Counted from the stretch's first letter, positions 1-8,011 are shown. The stretch: DNA of 32,000 nt from Candidatus Babelota bacterium (GCA_039809905.1 JBDHVY010000001.1:840001-872000); one strand, 5' to 3'. Notes: a model not told the origin generated them from the letters alone. Made by a program: numbers and translations.

Positions 1-1602
1 TCCTTTATGATATGCGTCATGTAAAGCTTGATTGATTTTTAAGGATTCAGCATCTTTTTCTTCTTGCGATTTATTTCCAAGGGCTTTTTTTAAAAGGTTT
101 TTTATAGCTTGATGATATCGGCTTGGATTTGAACAGTGATCTAAGTCAGAAGCAGAATAATATCCATAAGCTTCTTTTCGTTTGTCTTGTTCTTCTTTTG
201 ATGCTTTCTTCCATTCTTCGCTTGATTGTTCCAGCTGCTTATCAATAGATTCTAATTGAGCTCGTAAATCGGTTATACCTAAGCTTTTCTCAGTTTCCTT
301 CATGATTGCTACTCTTTGTTTCATTGATAAACGGCTTTTAGTATCACTTTCTGATTTTGCAATTTCCGTAGGCATTTTTTGAGTGAGTAGATTGCGTAAA
401 GAAATTAATTTTTGCACAATCTCATCTTTTTCTTCTCGTAATGACAAGGATTGTGAATCAATATTCTTTCGTCGGTAAATTGCTTGTCCAGCATTATTAA
501 CAGTAACAAATTGTTTAGCTATTGCTGTACAATCTTCATCTATTGGATTTTTCTTGCAAAAGTATCCAGTTGCCGAGTCCGATGAAAAAAGCTGATAAGC
601 ATTTCGTGCTTGTTGTAATGTTATATTTTGAGATTGAGTAGCGCTATCATTTTTATTAAAATGTGCAGAGCTTCTACAATAACACTCTTCAGAATGATAA
701 CGTTTATTATATTCTTTTTCATATTCATCCCATAAAAGAACCATTTTTTCGACTCTAGATGTGTCTCTGAGGATTAATGATTTATCATATGGATCAGTAG
801 TTGATTGTAATTGTTTTTCACAAAGGGCTTGCATATCTTTTGCAAGTTCTTTGGAGGTTTTATTATCATTATTTCTTTGGAAAGGATTTATTCCATGTCG
901 TCTGAGTTTATTAAAAATTATTTCTGACTTTTTTTGATCGATGATACTACAAAAATGTGCTAATGTATGTCCAGCTGTATCACCATAACCATTAGGTTGA
1001 TTTATATCTATGTCAGTGTTAAGTAAAAGCCACTGCATATTTTTTGAATTAAGCAAATTGTTGGAATCACTGAGAAGCGTATCATCGATTTCATTTGTTA
1101 CTACTGCTTTAAAATTTGCCCCATATTTTTTTAATAAAGGCCAAAAGCTAGAAGACGCAATAGCAAGAGTAGGGATATTTTCATTATTGTGCAAAACAGT
1201 ATCATTTGGAGAATGCCCTTGCTGAAGACAACATTCTGTTAATGATTCGTTATTTTTTTCCAAAGCATAAGCTGTTATATCATATCCACGTCTAGTTTCA
1301 ATTCGAGTAAATGGTTCTATCCCAGAGCAGAGAGCCTGTTTAAAGAGAAGATCAATTTTGCTATCAAAACCTACCCAATCTGATTGTGTATCATGTTTAT
1401 GCCATAACTTAAGCTCTCTATACTTCAGTGCTTCTTTTGCTTCATCCTTAGATATACGGCCATTTTTTACCTGTTGCCAAAAGTCATCGAGTTCGATGGA
1501 ATCGCATATGGTACAAGAAAATTTTCTCTGAGGTTGATTCATAGCAGAAACATTATTAACCATGAATCCAAAAACAACTACTAATGGTAATAATTTTTTC
1601 AT
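1..1602 (-). CDS. Secreted ankyrin-repeat / coiled-coil protein, C-terminus beyond window edge (partial)
   Basis: I checked all 534 in-frame triplets on the minus strand and found no stop. ATG at 1602..1600. N-terminus MKKLLPLVVVFGFMVNNVSA is signal-peptide-like. ANK-like repeats are present (…GYDITAYALEKNNESLTECCLQQGHSPN…, NGYGDTAGHTLAHFC…LRRHGINPFQRNNDNKTSKELA). The C-terminal part is K/E/Q-rich and coiled-coil-like. It is absent from the ORF track because it runs off the window. Confidence 0.7.
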   Translation of the reverse strand, partial: MKKLLPLVVVFGFMVNNVSAMNQPQRKFSCTICDSIELDDFWQQVKNGRISKDEAKEALKYRELKLWHKHDTQSDWVGFDSKIDLLFKQALCSGIEPFTRIETRRGYDITAYALEKNNESLTECCLQQGHSPNDTVLHNNENIPTLAIASSSFWPLLKKYGANFKAVVTNEIDDTLLSDSNNLLNSKNMQWLLLNTDIDINQPNGYGDTAGHTLAHFCSIIDQKKSEIIFNKLRRHGINPFQRNNDNKTSKELAKDMQALCEKQLQSTTDPYDKSLILRDTSRVEKMVLLWDEYEKEYNKRYHSEECYCRSSAHFNKNDSATQSQNITLQQARNAYQLFSSDSATGYFCKKNPIDEDCTAIAKQFVTVNNAGQAIYRRKNIDSQSLSLREEKDEIVQKLISLRNLLTQKMPTEIAKSESDTKSRLSMKQRVAIMKETEKSLGITDLRAQLESIDKQLEQSSEEWKKASKEEQDKRKEAYGYYSASDLDHCSNPSRYHQAIKNLLKKALGNKSQEEKDAESLKINQALHDAYHKG

Positions 1603-1741
1603 TGGGAGCTCTTTCTAATATTTTTTTATGAGTATACGTGAGAGTTTTTACTTATATTTTGCTTCTCTTGTCTTTTGATCTTCAATGTATCATGTTACCA
1701 AGAAATATTTCTTTTTGTAGTTTTTAGAATATTAAGCCAAG

Positions 1742-1772
1742 AAAAGAGGTGCGTGTTAAACGCACCTCTTTT
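1742..1772 (-). terminator. Rho-independent terminator downstream of 1802..2398
   Basis: Perfect 12-bp stem AAAAGAGGTGCG / CGCACCTCTTTT with a 7-nt loop. A/T runs on both sides; on the minus strand the stem is followed by TTTTCTT. Confidence 0.6.
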
Positions 1773-1801
1773 GTTTCTTTATTTTCTTTTTAAATCTATG
1801 A

Positions 1802-2398
1802 TTACTTACAAGTCATACGGTATGTTAAACCGGTAAAGAGAGTTAAATCAGATTTAGCAGCCCATGTTTTTTTCTTTGTCTCAATCATAGAAATAACGGC
1901 ATCAATTTTCTTGATCAAGCTTGATTCACCAGCTTGTTTAGCTTTACATTTTAAGGTATTCAATTTTGTAAGTATTTGGCTAAATACGCGTTCGGTATTA
2001 AAATCTCGCTTAATTTCGTTGGCAAATGAACCGGCATCAGTTGAGCCATTATACTTTTTGATAATATTATGAGCAATAGTAAACTGACGTAAAGCATAAT
2101 CCATAAGATCATTGAGTTCTTTTGCTAATTCACTATTATTATTTCGAGTAACAATTTCTTCAACTTTTCTTTTAAAATCACTAAAGAGTTGCTCTAATGA
2201 GATCACGTATGTCCCAAAAGATGTTTTATTGTTCTGACTAAAAAAGTCACTAATCTTTCTATCTACTTCAAAAACGAATGTGCCAAAATCCTTGATGGTT
2301 GTTTCATGTTCGGAATGAGCATATGCTCCCGTTACGGTGATCAATGTTGCAAGTAATGCTACTCTACTCAAAATATTTTTTTTCATTTCATTTTTCAT
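1802..2398 (-). CDS. Hypothetical secreted protein (198 aa)
   Basis: Long ORF whose N-terminus MKNEMKKNILSRVALLATLITVTGAYA is signal-peptide-like. The remainder is helical and K/E-rich. No recognisable catalytic motif. Confidence 0.65.
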   Translation of the reverse strand: MKNEMKKNILSRVALLATLITVTGAYAHSEHETTIKDFGTFVFEVDRKISDFFSQNNKTSFGTYVISLEQLFSDFKRKVEEIVTRNNNSELAKELNDLMDYALRQFTIAHNIIKKYNGSTDAGSFANEIKRDFNTERVFSQILTKLNTLKCKAKQAGESSLIKKIDAVISMIETKKKTWAAKSDLTLFTGLTYRMTCK

Positions 2399-2577
2399 AA
2401 AGAATCCTTCTCATTTAGCATGGTTATCTGTTGTAACCTACTTTTATTGATCTTACTACTATTCTACCCTGGTATCCTTGCCTCGTCAAAGGCACCCCAA
2501 AAAGATTGAATTAATCGCTATTTTCATTATTATGAGCGTAATAATATAGTCTTTAATACTCAAGTCCATGTCTTCAC

Positions 2578-2614
2578 CGGGGTCCCCGTGTGAAGCGCAG
2601 CAAAACAGGGGGTT
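2578..2614 (+). promoter_or_regulatory. GC-rich palindromic box CGGGGTCCCCGTGTGAA plus GGGGGTT box 30 nt downstream, 5' of mraY
   Basis: The 17-mer at 2578-2594 is identical to 17414-17430. The core GGGGTCCCC (2579-2587) is a perfect palindrome embedded in CTTCAC-CGGGGTCCCCG-TGTGAAG. The second G-box at 2608-2614 lies 8 nt before the mraY ATG. Function is unknown (operator, promoter or 5'UTR element). Confidence 0.5.
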
Positions 2615-2620
2615 GATTGC

Positions 2621-3685
2621 ATGATATACCATTTATCGTATTATTTGAAGTTTTATTGGCCATTTTTCAATGTTATGCATTATGTGAGTGTGCGTGCAGT
2701 GGCCTCTTTACTGACTTCTCTGCTATTTTCTTTGGTATTGGGTGAGCCATTTATAGCACTTTCTCGGCAGTTTTTTAGGTCAAAAGTACGTGAATTTACG
2801 CCTGATACGCATAAAATTAAAGATAGCATGCCAACGATGGGAGGGGTTTTTATCCTAACTACGGTGCTCATTAATTCGTTATTATGGTGTGACTTAACTA
2901 ATTATCAGGTTTGGATATTCTTATTTTGTATTATGAGCTTTGGAATGCTTGGTTTTTGGGATGATTGGAATAAAATACATGCCCAAAAGGGCATATCTTC
3001 AAGGTCAAAGTTTATATTGCAGGTTCTGATAGCTGTTCTGGTGGTATCCTGTCTTATTTTTTTTACTTCCTTTTCAACAGAACTCATTTTTCCGTTTTTT
3101 AAGCATTGTAGGCCTGATTTGGGCTTATTTTTTATTCCCTGGGCTGTATTTACAGTGGTAGGGTGTAGCAATGCTGTTAATTTGACTGATGGGTTGGACG
3201 GGCTTGCAATTGGCTCATTATTGCCAAATTTTGCCACTTTTACCCTTATTTGCTATTTGGCCGGGCATTATGGAATAGCACATTATCTACAAATTCCCTT
3301 TGCAGGAACGGCCGAAATTGTTGTTATAGGAGCTATTTTAATAGGATCTTCTTTAGGGTTTTTATGGTATAATGCCTATCCGGCACAGATTTTTATGGGA
3401 GATGTAGGGTCTTTGGCGTTGGGAGCAGGTCTTGCTTTAATGGCAATTCTGGCTAAACAAGAGCTTTTATTATCAATTTCTGGAGGGTTATTTGTGCTTG
3501 AAACGGTTTCTGTAATGGTGCAAGTTCTTTCAGTACGCTATTTAGGAAGGCGTATATTTAAAATGGCGCCAATACATCATCATTTTGAATTACTTGGATG
3601 GCCAGAATCACGTATTACCACACGTTTTGGCATTATTTCTTTGGTTTTGTGTTTATTGGCACTCATTACGCTGAAACTGAGATGA
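2621..3685 (+). CDS. mraY: Phospho-N-acetylmuramoyl-pentapeptide transferase
   Basis: Polytopic membrane protein with MraY hallmarks: PTMGG, NAVNLTDGLDGLA, MGDVGSLALG, APIHHHFE. The N-terminus aligns residue-for-residue in length with the E. coli MraY start as I recall it. Confidence 0.95.
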   Translation: MIYHLSYYLKFYWPFFNVMHYVSVRAVASLLTSLLFSLVLGEPFIALSRQFFRSKVREFTPDTHKIKDSMPTMGGVFILTTVLINSLLWCDLTNYQVWIFLFCIMSFGMLGFWDDWNKIHAQKGISSRSKFILQVLIAVLVVSCLIFFTSFSTELIFPFFKHCRPDLGLFFIPWAVFTVVGCSNAVNLTDGLDGLAIGSLLPNFATFTLICYLAGHYGIAHYLQIPFAGTAEIVVIGAILIGSSLGFLWYNAYPAQIFMGDVGSLALGAGLALMAILAKQELLLSISGGLFVLETVSVMVQVLSVRYLGRRIFKMAPIHHHFELLGWPESRITTRFGIISLVLCLLALITLKLR

Positions 3686-3687
3686 TT

Positions 3688-4194
3688 TTATAGAACTCTT
3701 TTTGTCTTAGGACGTTTTGTATAAATTATGTGTCTTAAGTTGGCAATTATGTTTTTCTCTTTCTGATATTTTCCAGCCATGGAGCGAAAAAATGTGTCCA
3801 TTGCTGCCATGCCTATCGCAGGCGATAAGGTAATCAAGAACTGTAAGAAGGTTTCATCATTAGGCATAGCAAGTAGAGTTGCTGCTTGGATTAATAGGAA
3901 TGTGATTCCAACCCTCTCATTCCTTTCAATAAAAGTAGCCCAACCATTGTAATAAACTATTTTATCAAAGACGATTTTTGATTGTTCATCTAAAATAGTA
4001 AAAAGATCTTCTTCAGATATATTTTTGGCTAAAAAGAACTCATTTAATTGGTTTGACACGTCGGTGCCTTTTTTATCATATAGTGCAACAAGTTGCTTAT
4101 AAATATTTTTTTTTTCTAAATCTGTTAAAGATTTTGTACAGGCAAGACTGCTATATGCAGCGATTACTATCAAAAAAAGTTTTCTTCTATTCAT
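3688..4194 (-). CDS. Hypothetical signal-peptide protein with C-terminal hydrophobic segment; paralog of 5041..5625
   Basis: N-terminus MNRRKLFLIVIAAYSSLA. The first ~65 aa align with the 5041..5625 product (QLVALYDKKGTDVSNQLNEFFLAKNISEEDL vs QIISLYDTHPNDLANELTSFLKEKNITGKEA). A hydrophobic stretch lies near the C-terminus. Confidence 0.6.
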   Translation of the reverse strand: MNRRKLFLIVIAAYSSLACTKSLTDLEKKNIYKQLVALYDKKGTDVSNQLNEFFLAKNISEEDLFTILDEQSKIVFDKIVYYNGWATFIERNERVGITFLLIQAATLLAMPNDETFLQFLITLSPAIGMAAMDTFFRSMAGKYQKEKNIIANLRHIIYTKRPKTKRVL

Positions 4195-4328
4195 ATTTTG
4201 TCTTTTATCTTAAAATAATAAAATAACTTTACTCATTTTAATTATATTAGAGATTAAAAAGCAAAAACAAGAAAAACCTTGCTTTGTGTGTAAGCTCATA
4301 AAAAGCATGCATCCATTTATTTAATTGA

Positions 4329-4366
4329 GCAGAAAACCCTGGCTTTTTAAAGCCGGGGTTTTCTGC
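4329..4366. other. Strong 15-bp hairpin without U-tract (GCAGAAAACCCTGGC / GCCGGGGTTTTCTGC)
   Basis: Arms at 4329-4343 and 4352-4366 pair fully except for one T/G wobble. The loop is TTTTTAAA. No T-run follows on either strand, so it is not a canonical terminator. Confidence 0.5.
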
Positions 4367-4377
4367 AAGTCATATAA

Positions 4378-4414
4378 GCGAAGATGATGAGACAATGAGT
4401 CGAAAAATCTTCGC
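4378..4414. other. Hairpin GCGAAGAT / ATCTTCGC with 21-nt loop
   Basis: Perfect 8-bp inverted repeat at 4378-4385 and 4407-4414, in the same 312-bp intergenic region as two other hairpins. Confidence 0.35.
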
Positions 4415-4447
4415 GTAATTTAATTTTTTGTAATCCTTTTTAAAAGC

Positions 4448-4465
4448 ACCGGCCTGAAGGCCGGT
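4448..4465 (-). terminator. Probable terminator of 4507..4926
   Basis: GC-rich 7-bp stem ACCGGCC / GGCCGGT with a 4-nt loop, 42 nt past the stop. On the minus strand it is followed by GCTTTTAAAA. Confidence 0.45.
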
Positions 4466-4506
4466 CGAAATTTACTGGCGTTAATTACATTAAAATTACG
4501 ATAAGG

Positions 4507-4926
4507 TTATTTTAGCGGTCGGGTATAGTCCGTAATGCCGGCATGTTGTATTTTGAACCACTTTCTATTTTGACACTCTGCTTTTTGTGCTTCAATATAA
4601 AAGTCTCTTTTTTCTTTTATGTTCTTTTTTATGCATTCATATTGCTGTTGATTCAGAGACATTTTATAATATGAACTACATGAATTTACCCTTACATCTT
4701 TGGTATCAGTTCTTTTTTCAATTGAAGATATTTCAACATAGTAAAAACCAAGACTTATTCGATAAAGATCTGATGCTTTAAGGTCCTGTATAATTCTGTT
4801 TTCACGAGGAGGATTTTGAGTCATCTGTTTTATGTTGAACATTGTCACGTTTGGTTTGCAGCTAGCGAGACTCTTATGGGATGAAAGTATAAGTAATACG
4901 AGAGCTACATTCATTATTTTGTGCAT
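4507..4926 (-). CDS. Hypothetical secreted protein (139 aa, Cys-containing)
   Basis: ORF with signal-peptide-like N-terminus MHKIMNVALVLLILSSHKSLA. No recognisable domain. Confidence 0.55.
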   Translation of the reverse strand: MHKIMNVALVLLILSSHKSLASCKPNVTMFNIKQMTQNPPRENRIIQDLKASDLYRISLGFYYVEISSIEKRTDTKDVRVNSCSSYYKMSLNQQQYECIKKNIKEKRDFYIEAQKAECQNRKWFKIQHAGITDYTRPLK

Positions 4927-5040
4927 ATTGTTCCTCGATAATTTTTACAAGTGGTTTTTATGATTCGCGCTAATCGCGAGACGTATGATAACATCATTTG
5001 CAATAACGTTCAATAGAGAAAACGGTAAGATAATGATTTG

Positions 5041-5625
5041 CTACTGTTGTAAGGATTCTAGTATTGAAATTATTTTATCGATTTTTTTTACTTCGTTTTT
5101 TTCAATAGATTCATAAATAATATAAGCCATCGATCCCAAGGCAATTACTATAGAAGAAAAAGAAATTCCTGCAACAAAAAGGTAAAATTTTTCGAGAGGA
5201 CTATAGGTTTTGAATAGTTGCTGTAATGTAGTGGCTGTTTGTTCTTTAGGATAAATTTCAGGAATTTTATCTAGATTTAAGGTTTTTTGCGTTTGCCAAA
5301 CTCTATTTCGAAGTGCATATAAAGGGGCAACAGTAAGTAATTCCACTTTAGTAGCATTTTCCATCAAATTATCAGCTCTATCGAGTTTTTTAAGTGATAT
5401 TGAATGTATGTTGTATTTTCTGTTTACTAAGGCGGTTCTTGCTTCTTTACCAGTGATGTTTTTCTCTTTTAAAAATGATGTAAGTTCATTTGCCAGATCG
5501 TTAGGATGAGTATCATATAAGCTAATAATCTGACGAGCAAGACTTTCTTCTGGTTGAGCTGGTCGAATAGAGTTATAACCACCAGATGCAATACTTACTA
5601 TCACAAGAAATATTTTTTTATTCAT
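5041..5625 (-). CDS. Hypothetical signal-peptide protein with C-terminal TM segment; paralog of 3688..4194
   Basis: N-terminus MNKKIFLVIVSIASGG. Shares an N-terminal domain with the 3688..4194 product. C-terminal hydrophobic stretch FYLFVAGISFSSIVIALGSMAYIIY. Confidence 0.6.
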   Translation of the reverse strand: MNKKIFLVIVSIASGGYNSIRPAQPEESLARQIISLYDTHPNDLANELTSFLKEKNITGKEARTALVNRKYNIHSISLKKLDRADNLMENATKVELLTVAPLYALRNRVWQTQKTLNLDKIPEIYPKEQTATTLQQLFKTYSPLEKFYLFVAGISFSSIVIALGSMAYIIYESIEKNEVKKIDKIISILESLQQ

Positions 5626-5724
5626 GATATGTTCTTCTTACAATAACTATTAAATATCGTAATAGAAATTATATCAAAAGTGACTAGGCTCATTCAAGGG
5701 TAATGTTTTACGTGGTTTTGGATG

Positions 5725-6387
5725 TTATTCAATTAATCCGTGGTCTTGTAAATGTTTAATTGCTTTGGGACGTGTTTTCAACATTATTTTTACGATTGTT
5801 GGTCCGTAACTTTGTATTGCTGCTATTTGTGCGGGATTACCAAATCCTTTTTCAATAATGTACTGATCTAGTTCATCTAAAACAATTAAGAATATTTGGG
5901 TGGGATATAGTCGGTGATTTGCAATATTGGCAATAAGATTGGGGTTCAATTCGGGGTATTTTTGTTGATGACAGTGCAATCTTCTTTGTAATACTTTTTC
6001 TTTAAAGAGAACTTTGCCAGGTATACACTCTTCTTTTTTGAGCTTTTCAAATACCGAAATATTGTTTTTAAGGCACAGTTCTATAATTTTTGGCTTCAAC
6101 ATATGTACTGCAAAAATATTTTTATATAGGTGGAAAAAGTGGAGTTGTTTAAAATTGTCTCGATATATATTTGTATGATAATCAATAGACTCAAAAAGAT
6201 CTTTTACCGGCATAACTTTGTTTGCTATTGATTGAATAAAAGAACTGTGAGTAAAAAAATCATTGCATTTTTCAATGCGTAATAATCGCTTTTGCAAGGT
6301 CTTTTGTGAAGGTAGTGTTACTACTTCCTGCATGGCGGTAATAATGCAGAATGGTAGGAAAAATAGGCTAAAGATAATAAGCTTCAT
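5725..6387 (-). CDS. Hypothetical secreted protein (220 aa)
   Basis: ORF with N-terminus MKLIIFSLFFLPFCIITA. No recognisable domain. Confidence 0.55.
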   Translation of the reverse strand: MKLIIFSLFFLPFCIITAMQEVVTLPSQKTLQKRLLRIEKCNDFFTHSSFIQSIANKVMPVKDLFESIDYHTNIYRDNFKQLHFFHLYKNIFAVHMLKPKIIELCLKNNISVFEKLKKEECIPGKVLFKEKVLQRRLHCHQQKYPELNPNLIANIANHRLYPTQIFLIVLDELDQYIIEKGFGNPAQIAAIQSYGPTIVKIMLKTRPKAIKHLQDHGLIE

Positions 6388-6526
6388 TATAATTTCCCAG
6401 TAAAAACTAAAATTAAGTATTATTTTGAGTTCTCAGATGATATTTTCGAAAATAAAAAATCTAATTCTTTTCTCAACTTTTTTACTTCATTGCTTTCAGA
6501 CCAAAGCCAATGATAAGAATAATAAT

Positions 6527-6664
6527 TCACGTTTTTTGGGTTATTTCAAAAATAAGTTTATTTTGTTCCATTATTTGACGTAATAAAAAGTTATTTTCCT
6601 GTAAAAGTGTATGGTTATTTTCTAATTGTGTTGCTAAAAGATTTTCCAAATTTTTTACATCCAT
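6527..6664 (-). CDS. Candidate small ORF (45 aa), leucine-zipper-like
   Basis: Hand-translated as MDVKNLENLLATQLENNHTLLQENNFLLRQIMEQNKLIFEITQKT*. GGAGAG lies 6 nt upstream of the ATG. The ORF starts 13 nt after the permease stop on the same strand. It is below the ORF-track length cut-off. Confidence 0.3.
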   Translation of the reverse strand: MDVKNLENLLATQLENNHTLLQENNFLLRQIMEQNKLIFEITQKT

Positions 6665-6677
6665 AGAGATCTCTCCA

Positions 6678-7976
6678 TTACTTTTTTTGTGTTCCTCCTG
6701 TTATTACATACACTACCGTACCGCATAATATAATGCCAGCAAATAATTGTAATGGTATTGTGTTGTGGGTAATCCACATAGCATAGAGTGATGCTGTTAG
6801 TAAAATAGCACAATTAGCAAGTCCTAACACGGGAATTAAAAGAGATTTGTTGTTGCGATAGAAGGTGACCAATAATCCCATGATACTCAGTGCGTATGTT
6901 GCTGTTGCGCCAAATGCACTTAATTGTTGAAATGTAGTTGTTACACCAGACATAACGAGCAAATAAACGAGCATAATAATGCCTTGCGCTAGCACGCACA
7001 TAAAAGGAATATTAAAACGATTACGTTGCATTATTGCAGTGGGAGCAATGATATGGCCTAATTCTGCAAGTGAATATAAATTCCACATGTTGGCAAAAAT
7101 AATTCCAAACGCAGCACTTAAGGCAGAGGTAGCAATTGCAAGGTGAATAATGTGTCCCAAAATATCTCGTGCGTAATCACTAATGCCGAATTTGCTAATA
7201 AGAAGTGGAAATGCGCCACGATAGTCAGCTTGAGCTGCAAGATCTGTGCCCAAAATGCCGTAAAATATTGTTTGATACAACACAAATAAAACAATTACCA
7301 AGCTATAGGAAATAACGATTGCTCGTGGCCCATCAACTTTAGGGTTTTCTAAATTTCTACTAATAGCACACGCGATTTCAAAGCCAAGCAATGCATGAAG
7401 CACCAAAGGAATAGTAGACGGAATTCCAGACCATAGTTGATGAATAGGTGTTAGATTTGAGCCTTGCAAAAGAAATATTCCTGATGCGATCACAAAAAAA
7501 AGAGGAAAGAGTTTAAAAAGCATTATCCAGTTCTGTATTTTGCTTCCTGTCCGTACATTCAACATATTAAGACCAAGCAATACACCCAAAATTGTAATAT
7601 CAAAAGTAAGCGCATCGATACATGCTAAAGCAGGGAATGTTTTTTGTAAAAGCAGCGTAAAAATGTGTATTGAAAGTGTTGCTGATGATAGTTTTGCAAA
7701 AAAATAACACCAGGTGTTAATGAATCCAACAATCGGATGAATTGCTGTACTGCAGTATGCGTAAAACCCGCCGCTAGGATATAATTCAATCAATTTTACA
7801 AAAGATAAAATGAGCGGAAGCAATAAAAGACCTACGAAAAAATAACTTAATCCGCCTAATAATTCCGCGCGGCGTGCAAGTTCTGCCGTATTAATAAATA
7901 CACCAGACCCGATAATAATGTTGGTATTAATAACAATGGCTGAAAAGAGTGAGATGGTATTGTTTTTAGTTGACAC
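6678..7976 (-). CDS. Amino acid/polyamine (APC superfamily) permease
   Basis: 432 aa with about 12 hydrophobic segments. The N-terminal LFSAIVINTNIIIGSGVFINTAELA is typical of APC amino-acid permeases. Confidence 0.8.
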   Translation of the reverse strand: MSTKNNTISLFSAIVINTNIIIGSGVFINTAELARRAELLGGLSYFFVGLLLLPLILSFVKLIELYPSGGFYAYCSTAIHPIVGFINTWCYFFAKLSSATLSIHIFTLLLQKTFPALACIDALTFDITILGVLLGLNMLNVRTGSKIQNWIMLFKLFPLFFVIASGIFLLQGSNLTPIHQLWSGIPSTIPLVLHALLGFEIACAISRNLENPKVDGPRAIVISYSLVIVLFVLYQTIFYGILGTDLAAQADYRGAFPLLISKFGISDYARDILGHIIHLAIATSALSAAFGIIFANMWNLYSLAELGHIIAPTAIMQRNRFNIPFMCVLAQGIIMLVYLLVMSGVTTTFQQLSAFGATATYALSIMGLLVTFYRNNKSLLIPVLGLANCAILLTASLYAMWITHNTIPLQLFAGIILCGTVVYVITGGTQKK

Positions 7977-8011
7977 AAATATCCTTGAGATATGTTCGTT
8001 TTAATTATTCA

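Noticed and set aside
125-134. GGATTTGAAC, resembling the reverse complement of a tRNA T-arm
   Set aside because: It lies inside an uninterrupted CDS with no acceptor or anticodon stems around it. No tRNA cloverleaf can be drawn.
1010-1225. 71-aa + strand ORF from the track
   Set aside because: It lies entirely antisense within the long, motif-bearing minus-strand ORF 1..1602. It has no RBS and low-complexity composition, so it is most likely spurious.
2600-2620. Sigma-54-type promoter (TTGC just before the mraY ATG)
   Set aside because: No TGGCAC -24 element at the required spacing, and the position would leave no 5'UTR.
4448-4465. SRP (4.5S) RNA-like apical hairpin CCGGCCTGAAGGCCGG
   Set aside because: It lacks the conserved asymmetric-loop sequences (AGCAGC / GGAAG context) and the long extended helix. 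It is better explained as a terminator stem.
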